Shown here one piece after another: positions 16,969-25,917 of a DNA stretch of 28,982 bases. The DNA lies in NCBI GenBank assembly GCA_039591655.1, contig JBDHDE010000064.1, forward strand, positions 1-28,982, written 5' to 3'. Below the pieces are notes generated by a model. That model had not been told where the DNA came from, searched no databases, and saw only the letters and a program-made list of their open reading frames with translations. The stretch comes from Gemmatimonadota bacterium. Lineage in GTDB: Bacteria > Gemmatimonadota > Gemmatimonadetes > Gemmatimonadales > GWC2-71-9. Position numbers and translations under genes: made by a program. How positions within the stretch are numbered: the first letter of the stretch is position 1; each line of letters starts with the position of its first letter.

Positions 16969-18414
16969 CTACTCCAGCCAGCTAAGCACGCGCCGGGCCA
17001 GCCGGTTGAGGCGGCCGCGATACGGTGGGAACAGCATGCCGGTGAGCACCGGCCACCGCTGGCGAGTCACCGGACGCTCGTGGGACATCGCCTGGAAGCC
17101 GAAGTAGCCGTGGTAGCTCCCCATGCCGCTGGCACCCACCCCGCCGAACGGCAGGTCTGAGTTGGCGTAGTGCATCAGCGTGTTGTTCACAGTGGTCCCG
17201 CCGGCGGGCACGCTGTGGAGCAGGCGCTCGATCACATGCCGGTCGCGACTGAAGATGTACGAGCCCAGCGGCTTGCCGTTGCGCCGCACGATGCCCTCCG
17301 CCTCGTCCAGGTCGCGGACCGCGATGACCGGCAGCACGGGACCGAAGATCTCGTCCTCCATCGCCGGCGCGTCCGCGGTGACCCCGGAGAGAACGGTGGG
17401 GGCGACATACCGCGCCTCCGCATCCCATTGCCCCCCAACCTCGATCCGCGCACCGTGGGCAACGCTGCGCTCGACGAGATCCACCAGCCTGTCGAAGTGC
17501 TCCTGGTCGATGATCCGCCCCAGATCGGGCGACGCGCGCCGCCCGGCCTCGTCCCCGCCGTAGAACCTTGCCACCGCGACCTTGAGCTCGGTCACCAGGT
17601 TCTCGGCGATGGCTGCATCTACCAGGACGTAGTCGGGAGCGGTACACGTCTGCCCCGCATTGTAGAACTTCCCCCAGGCGATGCGCTCGGCGGCGGCCTT
17701 CACGTCCGCCGTCCTGTCGACGATGACCGGCGTCTTGCCGCCCAACTCCAGCGTCACGGTGGCCAGATGCTTGGCCGCGGCCGCCATGACGAGCTTCCCG
17801 ATGTGTGTGCTTCCGGTGAAGAAGAAGTGGTCGAACGGAAGCTCGAGCAGCAGGGCGGCCACGTCCGGCCCCCCTTCCACCAGGGCGACCTCCGACTCGT
17901 CGAACACCTCGGGGATCAGAGACGCCAGGAGGCCCGCCGTGGCCGGCGCTTTCTCAGAGGGCTTGAGCACCGCACAGTTGCCGGCGGCGATGGCAGCTAT
18001 CAGTGGGTTGATCACGAGGCTGAACGGGTAGTTCCACGGAGCCATGATCAGGACCACTCCCCGGGACTCAAACATGATCCGGCTCGACGTGCCGAACAGC
18101 ATCGCCGGCGTCGGCACCCGCCTGCTTCGCATCCAGCGGCGCAGGTGCCGCACAGCGTGGTCGATCTCTTGCACGACGTGGTGGATGTCCACGAGCTCGG
18201 ACTCGAAGCGCGGTCTGCCGAGGTCCGCGGAGAGAGCGGAGAGGATGTCTGCGCGCCGCTGCAGAACCGCCTGCCGCAGCCGGCGCAGTCGCTCGCGCCG
18301 CTGGGCCACGGTGGTGCGCGCCATCACCGGGGCGTGCGCCCGCTGGCCCTCCAAGATCCGCCGCAGCTCGGCCGGATCTATTGGTGTCCCTTCGACCGCC
18401 CCGACCTGTGCCAC
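16969..18414 (-). CDS. NAD(P)-dependent aldehyde dehydrogenase (ALDH3/fatty or apocarotenoid aldehyde type)
   Basis: 'PWNYP','KPSE','FTGS','LELGGK','NAGQTC.APDY','EIFGP','PFGGVG.SGMG.YHG'; GTG 18414 preceded by AAGGAGG. Confidence 0.93.
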   Translation of the reverse strand: MAQVGAVEGTPIDPAELRRILEGQRAHAPVMARTTVAQRRERLRRLRQAVLQRRADILSALSADLGRPRFESELVDIHHVVQEIDHAVRHLRRWMRSRRVPTPAMLFGTSSRIMFESRGVVLIMAPWNYPFSLVINPLIAAIAAGNCAVLKPSEKAPATAGLLASLIPEVFDESEVALVEGGPDVAALLLELPFDHFFFTGSTHIGKLVMAAAAKHLATVTLELGGKTPVIVDRTADVKAAAERIAWGKFYNAGQTCTAPDYVLVDAAIAENLVTELKVAVARFYGGDEAGRRASPDLGRIIDQEHFDRLVDLVERSVAHGARIEVGGQWDAEARYVAPTVLSGVTADAPAMEDEIFGPVLPVIAVRDLDEAEGIVRRNGKPLGSYIFSRDRHVIERLLHSVPAGGTTVNNTLMHYANSDLPFGGVGASGMGSYHGYFGFQAMSHERPVTRQRWPVLTGMLFPPYRGRLNRLARRVLSWLE

Positions 18415-18520
18415 CGCGTTTGCCCTCCTTCCCGGAGCGACCCTGCGCCAACGTGACGATGCCCGCGGCCTCGAGCCTTGTCCAGGGCTCGCCACCCCTC
18501 GTGGTACGAGCGCCGGCACC

Positions 18521-19225
18521 TCAGAACAGAGGCCGGCCGCAGCCTCTCAGCTCCCGCCCGTCCAGCAACACCGTGACCGTCGTCCCGTACGATTCCTCCA
18601 CCATCGTGTCGAGACACCGTTTCCCCTCGAGTGTCACGACCAGTGCGTGCTCACCATCGTCGGTGCGGTACACCGTACGCAGCTCGTCACGATTCACGTC
18701 CGCCACCGGCGTGGGGAACGCGTAACGGCTCGTCCCATAATCCGATACCAGCACGATGCTGTCGCCTCGGGTGATCTCCATGTGCCACCCGGGCTCATTG
18801 CCCACGGCCCGAAACTCGACGCCGTTGAGCTTGGCGTGCTCCCACACGGCTTCCCGCCGGTTGTTGATGCATCCCTGGGCCGTGATCTCCGGCGACTCTA
18901 TCGATGCCTCCTCCCCCTTCGACCAGTAGACCGTCTCACCATCGCTGTATCGCGCGCCCGACGCCGAGGGCACGTGGGGCAGCGCCACCGTACGGCCGCG
19001 TAGGAAGAGCCACACCCTGTCCCCCTCGATCCGCGCCACGAAGTTCGCGCCGCCGGGGCACTCGTGCACCATGGTGGCGACCAAGCCCTCCTCCCCGCCC
19101 ACGGCTGCGGCCGACTCGCTCTCCTCTCGCAGCGCTGTGTCCTCCGTCCCGCACGCCGAGAGGAGTGCCAGCAGGCACGCTGCGCCGCACCAGACCGAAA
19201 GGGAACGGACATGTACCCAGCCCAT
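18521..19225 (-). CDS. Lipoprotein with MliC/PliC lysozyme-inhibitor domain plus COG3650-like C-terminal domain
   Basis: GGAGG RBS; lipobox LSAC; 'SASGARYS...WSKGEEA' with two Cys; then 'FRAVGNEPGW...C.D.M....Y...GCGR'. Confidence 0.85.
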   Translation of the reverse strand: MGWVHVRSLSVWCGAACLLALLSACGTEDTALREESESAAAVGGEEGLVATMVHECPGGANFVARIEGDRVWLFLRGRTVALPHVPSASGARYSDGETVYWSKGEEASIESPEITAQGCINNRREAVWEHAKLNGVEFRAVGNEPGWHMEITRGDSIVLVSDYGTSRYAFPTPVADVNRDELRTVYRTDDGEHALVVTLEGKRCLDTMVEESYGTTVTVLLDGRELRGCGRPLF

Positions 19226-19289
19226 CGCTGGCCTCCCACACATGGTAAAGATTCGCGTATTCATCCCAACTCTCGCGGAACTCCCAAAG

Positions 19290-20585
19290 CTACGGTCCGG
19301 CCGCAGCGTCACGCGCTGCGGAATCCGCTCCGAGCAACCGCCCAATCAGCGGCTCGATGGTCAGCCCCTGCACCACGATGGAGAAGCAGACCACGACGTA
19401 TGTTACCGTCACGAGCAGGCTACGCTCAAATCCCGCCGGTAGCGAGAGCGCCAAGGCCACCGAGATCCCGCCGCGCAGTCCGCTCCAGGTGAGGATCTTG
19501 ACGGCGTGGGGGCTGAAGCCCCGCAGCCGCTTGAGCAGCTGCACCGCCCCTCCTACGCTCACGAAGCGGGCGAGCACAACCAGCGGTATCGCCAGCAGCC
19601 CCGCCGCGATATACGAGCCGCGCAGCTGGAGGACTACCACCTCCATGCCGATCATGACGAACAGCACGGCGTTCAGGAATTCGTCTACCAACTCCCAGAA
19701 GGAGTCCAACCGCTCCTGTGTGCGCTCCGACATGGCCAGCGACCGACCGCGGTTCCCGATGAGGAGACCCGCCACCACCATGGCAAGTGGACCCGAGACA
19801 TGGAGGTGCTGCGCCAGGGCGTAGCCGCCGGTCACTACGCCCAGGGTCACCAGGATCTCCACCTGGTAGTTGTCCACGCTCTTGAGGAGGCGGTAGGCGA
19901 TCCACCCGATCACCACCCCGTAGGCGAGGCCGCCCAGCACCTCCACCAAGAACAGCTCCCCGACCTCCACGGCGCTCACCTCGTGGCCTCCCGCAGCGAC
20001 GCCGAGAATCACCAGGAACAGGACTACGCCGATGCCGTCGTTGAACAGCGACTCTCCTTGGATCTTCATCCGCAACGAGTGCGGCACCCCCACTCGCTTG
20101 AGGATGGCGCCCACCGCGATGGGGTCCGTGGGAGAGATGAGGGCCCCGAACAGCAGGCAGTAAACGAACGGAACGTCGAGTCCAAGAGCGCCGAACACCC
20201 ACCAGGAGCCGAGCCCCACGATGGCCGTGGACAGGAGCACTCCCGCGGTGGCGAGCAGAGCGATGACGCGCTTCTGCTGCGCGATGTCGTTGATGTTCAG
20301 GTGGAGCGAGCCTGCGAACAGGAGTGCGCCCAGCATCCCGTGCAGTAGCGTCTGATCGAAGTCCACGGATTCGAGCATCCGCTCCAGCACGTCCGCCATG
20401 CCGATCCCCGCCCTGCCGAGCAACACGAGCACCAGCGACCCGGCCAGGGCAATGATCATGACCCCGATGGTCATGGGCAACCGCACGAACCGATGGTTGA
20501 GCCACGCGGCCAGGGCCGCCATGGTCAACAGGAGGGCCAGCAGGTCGAAGCTGCTGACGAGGGAAGCCGGTGTGGGATCGGTCAT
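19290..20585 (-). CDS. CPA1 family Na+/H+ antiporter (NhaP-like)
   Basis: 'FGALISPTDPIAV', 'GESLFNDG', 'SGPLAMVVAG', 'W.GLRGGIS.AL.L', 'QGLTI'. Confidence 0.93.
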   Translation of the reverse strand: MTDPTPASLVSSFDLLALLLTMAALAAWLNHRFVRLPMTIGVMIIALAGSLVLVLLGRAGIGMADVLERMLESVDFDQTLLHGMLGALLFAGSLHLNINDIAQQKRVIALLATAGVLLSTAIVGLGSWWVFGALGLDVPFVYCLLFGALISPTDPIAVGAILKRVGVPHSLRMKIQGESLFNDGIGVVLFLVILGVAAGGHEVSAVEVGELFLVEVLGGLAYGVVIGWIAYRLLKSVDNYQVEILVTLGVVTGGYALAQHLHVSGPLAMVVAGLLIGNRGRSLAMSERTQERLDSFWELVDEFLNAVLFVMIGMEVVVLQLRGSYIAAGLLAIPLVVLARFVSVGGAVQLLKRLRGFSPHAVKILTWSGLRGGISVALALSLPAGFERSLLVTVTYVVVCFSIVVQGLTIEPLIGRLLGADSAARDAAAGP

Positions 20586-20700
20586 CGTTGCGTGTGTGGC
20601 TGCCGCCCCAACTTAAGTGGAATCCGACGTCCGCGGCAGACGAGTCGCTGGTGGAGCTCGAGTTTCCGGTATCGCCGCCGGTTCACCGAGGGTCACCCCC

Positions 20701-22299
20701 CTAACGCCGGAGGAGCACCGCCCCATCCACATCACCGTGCACGGGTATCCCAGCCAGCGAGGCCAGAGTAGGCGCCACGTCCAGCGTCGTTGCAGGCTCC
20801 GTCGAGGTCCGTGCGGGCACGCCCGGCACCATGAAGATGACCGGCACGTACCGGTCGTACTCGTAGGGAGAGCCGTGGACCGAAGGGTCGAGGTCGATCA
20901 CGACACCCTCGGCCAACCGCACCATCAATCCCGCCTGGGCGATCGGCGACTCGCCAGTCGCGAACGAGAAGAGCGGGAGGCGGGGGATCCGATCCTCGCG
21001 ATACGACTTGCGGTACAGTGACAGATACGGATCATCGGAATCGTCAGCGGCGGCCAGGTCGGCACCGGTATACACTGCGGCCACATAGTCTCGCTCCTCC
21101 AGCATATCCACTATGCTCTTCTGCGCTGTGGGAGGACGCCCCTCCAGAATTCGGTATACCTCTCCCAGCAGCGCATCGATGGTCGGCCAGCTGAGCCGTC
21201 CCCCGCTGCGGCCCGCTTTTCGCTCGATCTCCGGGATATTCGGCATTCCATGATCAGAGGTTAGCGCGACGACATACCGGTCCCTGCCCACAAGATCGTC
21301 AAGTAGTGAGAAGAACTCTCCCAGCCAACCGTCGATCTTCACCAGGGCGTCCAGTACCTCGAGGCTCAGGGGACCGTAGTAGTGGGTCTCGCTGTCGATT
21401 TGGGATAGTACGATCGACAAATAGTCGGTTGCCTCACGCTGGCCCAGCTGCAGCTCCCGCACTGCCGCCCCGGCGAGTCGCAGCGTTGCCCCGTCGAGCA
21501 TTGGCGTCCAACCCAACCAGCTGCCCGGTGCCTCCGTAGGCTCCCAATGCTCGGGCGCCTCGGTATCGAAGCGGTGGGGGAAGGTCGTGTGGGTCCTGTC
21601 AGCCTCGTACGGTGACGAGTCGGTGCGGGCGAGCGACCGGGCGGGCTCGGGCACCGTCAGGTCCCACACCGCCGCGTCGGCTACGATACCGGGAAGGGCA
21701 TCCGCGTTGAATCGCTCGACCCACTCGGGATACGCCGATCGGTAGTAAGACGAAGTCACGAACCGGGCAAGAGGACGCTCATACCAGTACACGTGAGCCG
21801 GCGAGTGATAGACGTGCAACAGCGAGGCATACCGCCCAGATCCGACCGACACCGCACGTCCCTCCGGATCGGCGCGGGTGACCCACTCGGCGAGGCCCTC
21901 GACGAGCACTTGCCGGGGGGAGGCCCCGGCAGCCTCCGGAGAACCGAGGATGCGCTCCGACGTGTCGCGAACGGCATCCACCAAGTGGCGGTCCCCCGCC
22001 GGCCCGGGAGTATAGAACGCCGCATCCACTATCCCGTGCTTCGCCGGGACCCGGCCCGTAGCGATCGTCACATGGCCTGCATGCGACACGGTGATTCCAT
22101 GGTCCACGTAGGCACGCGTGAATCGCACGCCCTCGTCCAACATCCGACGGAACCCACCCGCGAACGCCGAGTCGTACCGGTCCAACAGGTCGCCACGCAG
22201 TCCGTCCACTGTGATCAGGACCACGAGCTTGGGTGGTGCATGGCTCGGCGGGCGGCATCCCCACGCCGCGAGCAAAAGCAGCGGAAACAGAACTCTCAC
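20701..22299 (-). CDS. Alkaline phosphatase superfamily lipoprotein (PafA/NPP-like)
   Basis: Real start is GTG 22299, overlapping the NCS2 stop (GTGA); signal ending WGC; 'PKLVVLITVDGLR', 'T.S..GH..I.TG..P..HGI', 'D...H.YGP', 'TSDHG', 'HGSPY.YD..VP'. Confidence 0.88.
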   Translation of the reverse strand: MRVLFPLLLLAAWGCRPPSHAPPKLVVLITVDGLRGDLLDRYDSAFAGGFRRMLDEGVRFTRAYVDHGITVSHAGHVTIATGRVPAKHGIVDAAFYTPGPAGDRHLVDAVRDTSERILGSPEAAGASPRQVLVEGLAEWVTRADPEGRAVSVGSGRYASLLHVYHSPAHVYWYERPLARFVTSSYYRSAYPEWVERFNADALPGIVADAAVWDLTVPEPARSLARTDSSPYEADRTHTTFPHRFDTEAPEHWEPTEAPGSWLGWTPMLDGATLRLAGAAVRELQLGQREATDYLSIVLSQIDSETHYYGPLSLEVLDALVKIDGWLGEFFSLLDDLVGRDRYVVALTSDHGMPNIPEIERKAGRSGGRLSWPTIDALLGEVYRILEGRPPTAQKSIVDMLEERDYVAAVYTGADLAAADDSDDPYLSLYRKSYREDRIPRLPLFSFATGESPIAQAGLMVRLAEGVVIDLDPSVHGSPYEYDRYVPVIFMVPGVPARTSTEPATTLDVAPTLASLAGIPVHGDVDGAVLLRR

Positions 22300-23705
22300 A
22301 TCCTCACCCTCACGAGCACGAAGTAGAGCACGAGGAGCGCAGCCACGGCCACCATCGTCCAGTTGAGCTCCCTTCCCCGGCCGCTGAGGAGCTTGATGGC
22401 CGGGTACGCCACCAGCCCCAGTGCGAGCCCGTCGGCGATGGAGTGCGAGAGCGGAATCCCGATCATGGTGATGAATGCCGGAACGCCCTCCGTGTAATCC
22501 GTCCACTCGATTCGCGTCACGTTCCGCACCATGATGGCGCCAACCAGCACCAGGGCCGGCGACGTGATGGGCGGGTAGCTCCCCACCATGGCGATGATCG
22601 GATAGAAGAACAGCGCCGCCAGGAAGAGCCCCGACACGGTGACTGCCGTGAGCCCCGTCCGTCCGCCCTGCTCGATCCCCGCCGCGCTCTCGATGTAGCT
22701 GGTCACGGTGCTCGTCCCCAACGCGGCGCCGGCCACGGTCCCGATGGCGTCGGACAGCATCGCCCGCTCCCCGCGCACGAGCTTGTTCTCCTTCAGGAGC
22801 CCGGCTTCTTGGCCCACTGCGATCAGCGTGCCCATGGTGTCGAACACGTCCATGAACAGGAACATCACGACGATGGGAATCACCGCCGCGGCGAGGGCAC
22901 CCACGATGTCCATCTTGAAGAGCGTCGGAGCCACCGACGGCGGCAGCGCGAGCACCCCGTCGGCGGGCGCGAACTGTGCCCACAGGAGCGACTCCCGCAC
23001 CAGGGCGGACCCCGATACGGACGCCGGCAGCGCTGGGAGCAGGAGCTTGAGCAACAGTGCCACCGCCAGCGAAGCCGCGATCCCCCAGATGATGGCGCCG
23101 GCAACGCGCCGGGCGTACAGCACCGCGGCCACCAAGAAGCCCACAACGAACACCACCACGTCCGGGGAGACCAGGGCGGGATTCATCCGCACCATCGTTC
23201 CTGGGTCCGCCACTACGACCTGGGCGTTCTTGAGCCCGATGAACGCGATGAACAATCCGATTCCCACCGCCATGCCCTGCTTCATGCTGGGGCTCACCGC
23301 GTCCATCAACTTCTCGCGGATCCCCATGAGCGTGATCACCAGGAACAGCACGCCGGCCACGAACACCGCCCCCAGAGCCACGCGCCACGGCTCCTCCGCG
23401 CCGGCGGCGGCGGCCACGGGGATGGCGCTGAACACGAAGAAGAAGTTCTGGCCCATGCCCGGGGCCAGCGCCACCGGGTACTTGGCGTACAGCCCCATGA
23501 TGGCCGTCGCCAGAGCCGCGGCGAAGCAGGTGGCCGTCGTGACCGCGCCGAAATCCATCCCCGTCGACTCGCCGAACATCGACCCCGACAGCACCGCCGG
23601 CTGTACAAAGATTATGTACGCCATGGTGAGGAACGTCGTGACGCCGGCGAGGAGCTCGGTGCGCGCGGAGACGGGTTGGCCGGAGTTGATCAAAGGATCG
23701 GTCAT
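22296..23705 (-). CDS. NCS2 family purine permease (AzgA/PbuG-like)
   Basis: 'TELLAGVTTFLTMAYII', 'ALAPGMG.N', 'D.FDT.GT', 'TSYIESAAGI..GGRTGL', 'SIADG'. Confidence 0.93.
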   Translation of the reverse strand: MTDPLINSGQPVSARTELLAGVTTFLTMAYIIFVQPAVLSGSMFGESTGMDFGAVTTATCFAAALATAIMGLYAKYPVALAPGMGQNFFFVFSAIPVAAAAGAEEPWRVALGAVFVAGVLFLVITLMGIREKLMDAVSPSMKQGMAVGIGLFIAFIGLKNAQVVVADPGTMVRMNPALVSPDVVVFVVGFLVAAVLYARRVAGAIIWGIAASLAVALLLKLLLPALPASVSGSALVRESLLWAQFAPADGVLALPPSVAPTLFKMDIVGALAAAVIPIVVMFLFMDVFDTMGTLIAVGQEAGLLKENKLVRGERAMLSDAIGTVAGAALGTSTVTSYIESAAGIEQGGRTGLTAVTVSGLFLAALFFYPIIAMVGSYPPITSPALVLVGAIMVRNVTRIEWTDYTEGVPAFITMIGIPLSHSIADGLALGLVAYPAIKLLSGRGRELNWTMVAVAALLVLYFVLVRVRM

Positions 23706-23855
23706 CCGCCGATGATACGCCGACGGCCGAGGGTCGGCCAGGCGTCCGCGTGGCGGCGCCGCCCCCTACCAGCTAACCTTTCCCATCGGCAGCCGCCGCA
23801 GCCGCGGCATCAGGCCGTCCGTCCGCTCATCAGGCATCGTTCGCGAGGAGCCCAC

Positions 23856-24746
23856 GTGCGCACCGCCAAACCCATCTCGGCCGAGTTTCCTTTCGCCTCT
23901 CGCTACGTCGAGGTGCACGGCAGCAGGATGCACTATGTCGAGGAGGGATCGGGCGATCCGATCCTCTTCCTGCACGGGAACCCCACGTCCTCTTACCTGT
24001 GGCGCAACATCATCCCGTACCTCGTGCCGCACGGGCGCTGCATCGCGGTCGATCTGATCGGTATGGGAAAGTCGGACAAACCCGACCTGGCCTACCGCTT
24101 CTTCGACCACAGCAAGTACGTTGAGGGATTCATCGAGACGCTGGGGCTCTCGCAGATCATGTTCGTGGTCCACGATTGGGGGACCGCCCTCGGCTTCCAC
24201 TACGCGAGGCGGCACCCGGGCAACGTGAAGGCGCTCGCCTTCATGGAGGCCATCGTCAGACCGATGAGGTGGGCGGGCTTCCCCCGCGACTTCAAGCTGG
24301 GATTCAAGCTGATGCGCACGCCCGGGGTCGGCTGGTTCATGATCAGCGTGATGAACGTCTTCCTGAAGCAGATCATGCCCAAGACGATCGTCCGCGAGCT
24401 GACGGCCGAGGAGAAGCTGCGCTATGCCGAGCCGTTCCCCACCGTGGCGAGCCGCAAACCGGTGCGGCGGTGGCCCTGCGAGATTCCCATCGACGGCGCG
24501 CCCGCCGATGTAGACGAAGCCGTGTCCGTCTACAGCCAGTGGCTGCAGGAGACCTCACTCCCCAAGCTGCTGTTCCACGCCGACCCCGGCGGCATCATCG
24601 ATGCGCAGACCCTGGAGTGGTGCCGCCGGCACTTCCCTTACCTGGAAACGGTGAACATCGGTCCCGGGATCCACTACCTGCAGGAGGACAACCCCCACCT
24701 GATCGGGGAGGAGCTGGCGGCGTGGTACCGGGGGCTCAGCGCATGA
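23856..24746 (+). CDS. dhaA: Haloalkane dehalogenase (HLD-II-like alpha/beta hydrolase)
   Basis: GAGGAG RBS before GTG 23856; 'FLHGNPTSSYLWRNIIP', nucleophile 'HDWG', acid 'FMEA', base 'HYLQED'. Confidence 0.9.
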   Translation: MRTAKPISAEFPFASRYVEVHGSRMHYVEEGSGDPILFLHGNPTSSYLWRNIIPYLVPHGRCIAVDLIGMGKSDKPDLAYRFFDHSKYVEGFIETLGLSQIMFVVHDWGTALGFHYARRHPGNVKALAFMEAIVRPMRWAGFPRDFKLGFKLMRTPGVGWFMISVMNVFLKQIMPKTIVRELTAEEKLRYAEPFPTVASRKPVRRWPCEIPIDGAPADVDEAVSVYSQWLQETSLPKLLFHADPGGIIDAQTLEWCRRHFPYLETVNIGPGIHYLQEDNPHLIGEELAAWYRGLSA

Positions 24747-25504
24747 TCCACCGCGAGGATCGTGACTCGGTCGCCGTGCTCCGCATGGACCACGGCAAGG
24801 CCAACGCCCTGGACGTAGAGCTGGTGACGGCGCTGGCCGACGAGCTGCAAGAGATCCAGCGGGCGAGCTCCCACAATGCCGTGGTGCTCACAGGCAGCGG
24901 CTCGATCTTCTCGGCTGGGGTTGACCTGTTCCGGTTTCTGGAGGGCGGCGAGGACTACCTAGAGCAGTTCTTCGCGGCGCTCGTCCGCAGCTTCTCCCAG
25001 CTATTCGTCTTCCCTCTCCCCATGGTGGCCGCGGTCAACGGTCACGCCATCGCCGGCGGCTGCGTCATGGCCGCGGCGGCGGACTACCGCCTCATGAGCC
25101 GGGGCAAGGGCAGGATCGGCGTGCCCGAGTTGCGCGTGGGGATCCCGTTTCCCGTAGCGGCCATAGAGATCCTGCGGTTCGCCGCCTCGACCCAACACCT
25201 GCAGGAGCTGGTGTATCTCGGCCGGAATTACACGGCGCCCGAGGCCTACGAGGTGGGCCTGGTGGACGAGATCGCCGAGCCCGACGCGCTGTTGGATCGA
25301 GCCATGGAGGTCGCAACGACCCTGGGCTCCATGCCGCCGGGGCGGTTTGGCATCACCAAGCGGGAGCTCCGGGCGCCGACCCTAGACCGCATCGAGCGCC
25401 ATGCGCCGGCCATCGACCCCGAGGTACTGGCCGGCTGGAAGGCGCCGGAGACGCACGCGGCGATCCGGGCGTTCGTGGAGGAAAAGCTCAGCCGGAGCAG
25501 GTGA
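24743..25504 (+). CDS. Crotonase-superfamily protein (enoyl-CoA hydratase/isomerase)
   Basis: ATGA overlap with the dehalogenase stop; 'KANAL','FSAGVDL','AVNGHAIAGGC','PE..VG','A...GLVD'. Confidence 0.9.
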   Translation: MIHREDRDSVAVLRMDHGKANALDVELVTALADELQEIQRASSHNAVVLTGSGSIFSAGVDLFRFLEGGEDYLEQFFAALVRSFSQLFVFPLPMVAAVNGHAIAGGCVMAAAADYRLMSRGKGRIGVPELRVGIPFPVAAIEILRFAASTQHLQELVYLGRNYTAPEAYEVGLVDEIAEPDALLDRAMEVATTLGSMPPGRFGITKRELRAPTLDRIERHAPAIDPEVLAGWKAPETHAAIRAFVEEKLSRSR

Positions 25505-25544
25505 GACCGAGGACCTTGACGGCGCTGGACTCCCTGCGTTCGTG

Positions 25545-25917
25545 TCAGCCGCGCCCCACCAATCGCTGAAACCTCGGGTTGCCTCGCAGATAGGCGAGTA
25601 GCGGATCATGCCGGAACTGCCATCTGGTCCAGAATGAGGTGACGGAAAGCAGATACTCGAGCTGTTCCAACACCTCATTCTCGTATCCCAGCAGGGCGTA
25701 GACCCGCACCAGGTTCCACACGGCGTCGAGGCCGCGAACCGCATCTCTCGCCACCGGCAGCAGCTCCGTGGCCCGCTGCGCCGCCGCGATCGCTTCTGCG
25801 ATGATGCTTGAGATCTTCGGCCAGGTAGACCGTGGCCATCCCACCGCTACCGATCTCTTGCTCAATCGCATAGCGGTCGGCCATTGCGGCCTTGAGGCGC
25901 TCAAGGAGATCCGTCAC
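25545..25917 (-). pseudogene. Remnant of a Ser/Thr kinase-TPR gene with a large internal deletion
   Basis: GTG 25917 overlaps the upstream TAG and encodes MTDLLERLKAAMADRYAIEQEIGSGGMATVYLAEDLKHHR. Near 25797 it joins, out of frame, a typical C-terminus 'EAIAAAQRATELLP...DPLLAYLRGNPRFQRLV'. Confidence 0.85.

Noticed and set aside
20701..23388. 895-aa ORF suggesting a giant phosphatase fusion
   Set aside because: The N-terminal ~360 aa is an alternate frame of the NCS2 permease; the real protein starts at GTG 22299 with a signal peptide.
23706..23855. Possible purine riboswitch upstream of the NCS2 permease
   Set aside because: No purine-aptamer core recognised; a TATCAT 6 nt before the ATG suggests a nearly leaderless transcript instead.
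22233..24746. 837-aa ORF suggesting a long dehalogenase fusion
   Set aside because: The upstream part is the antisense shadow of the permease; RBS and homology start at GTG 23856. The same applies to the 24176 extension of the crotonase.
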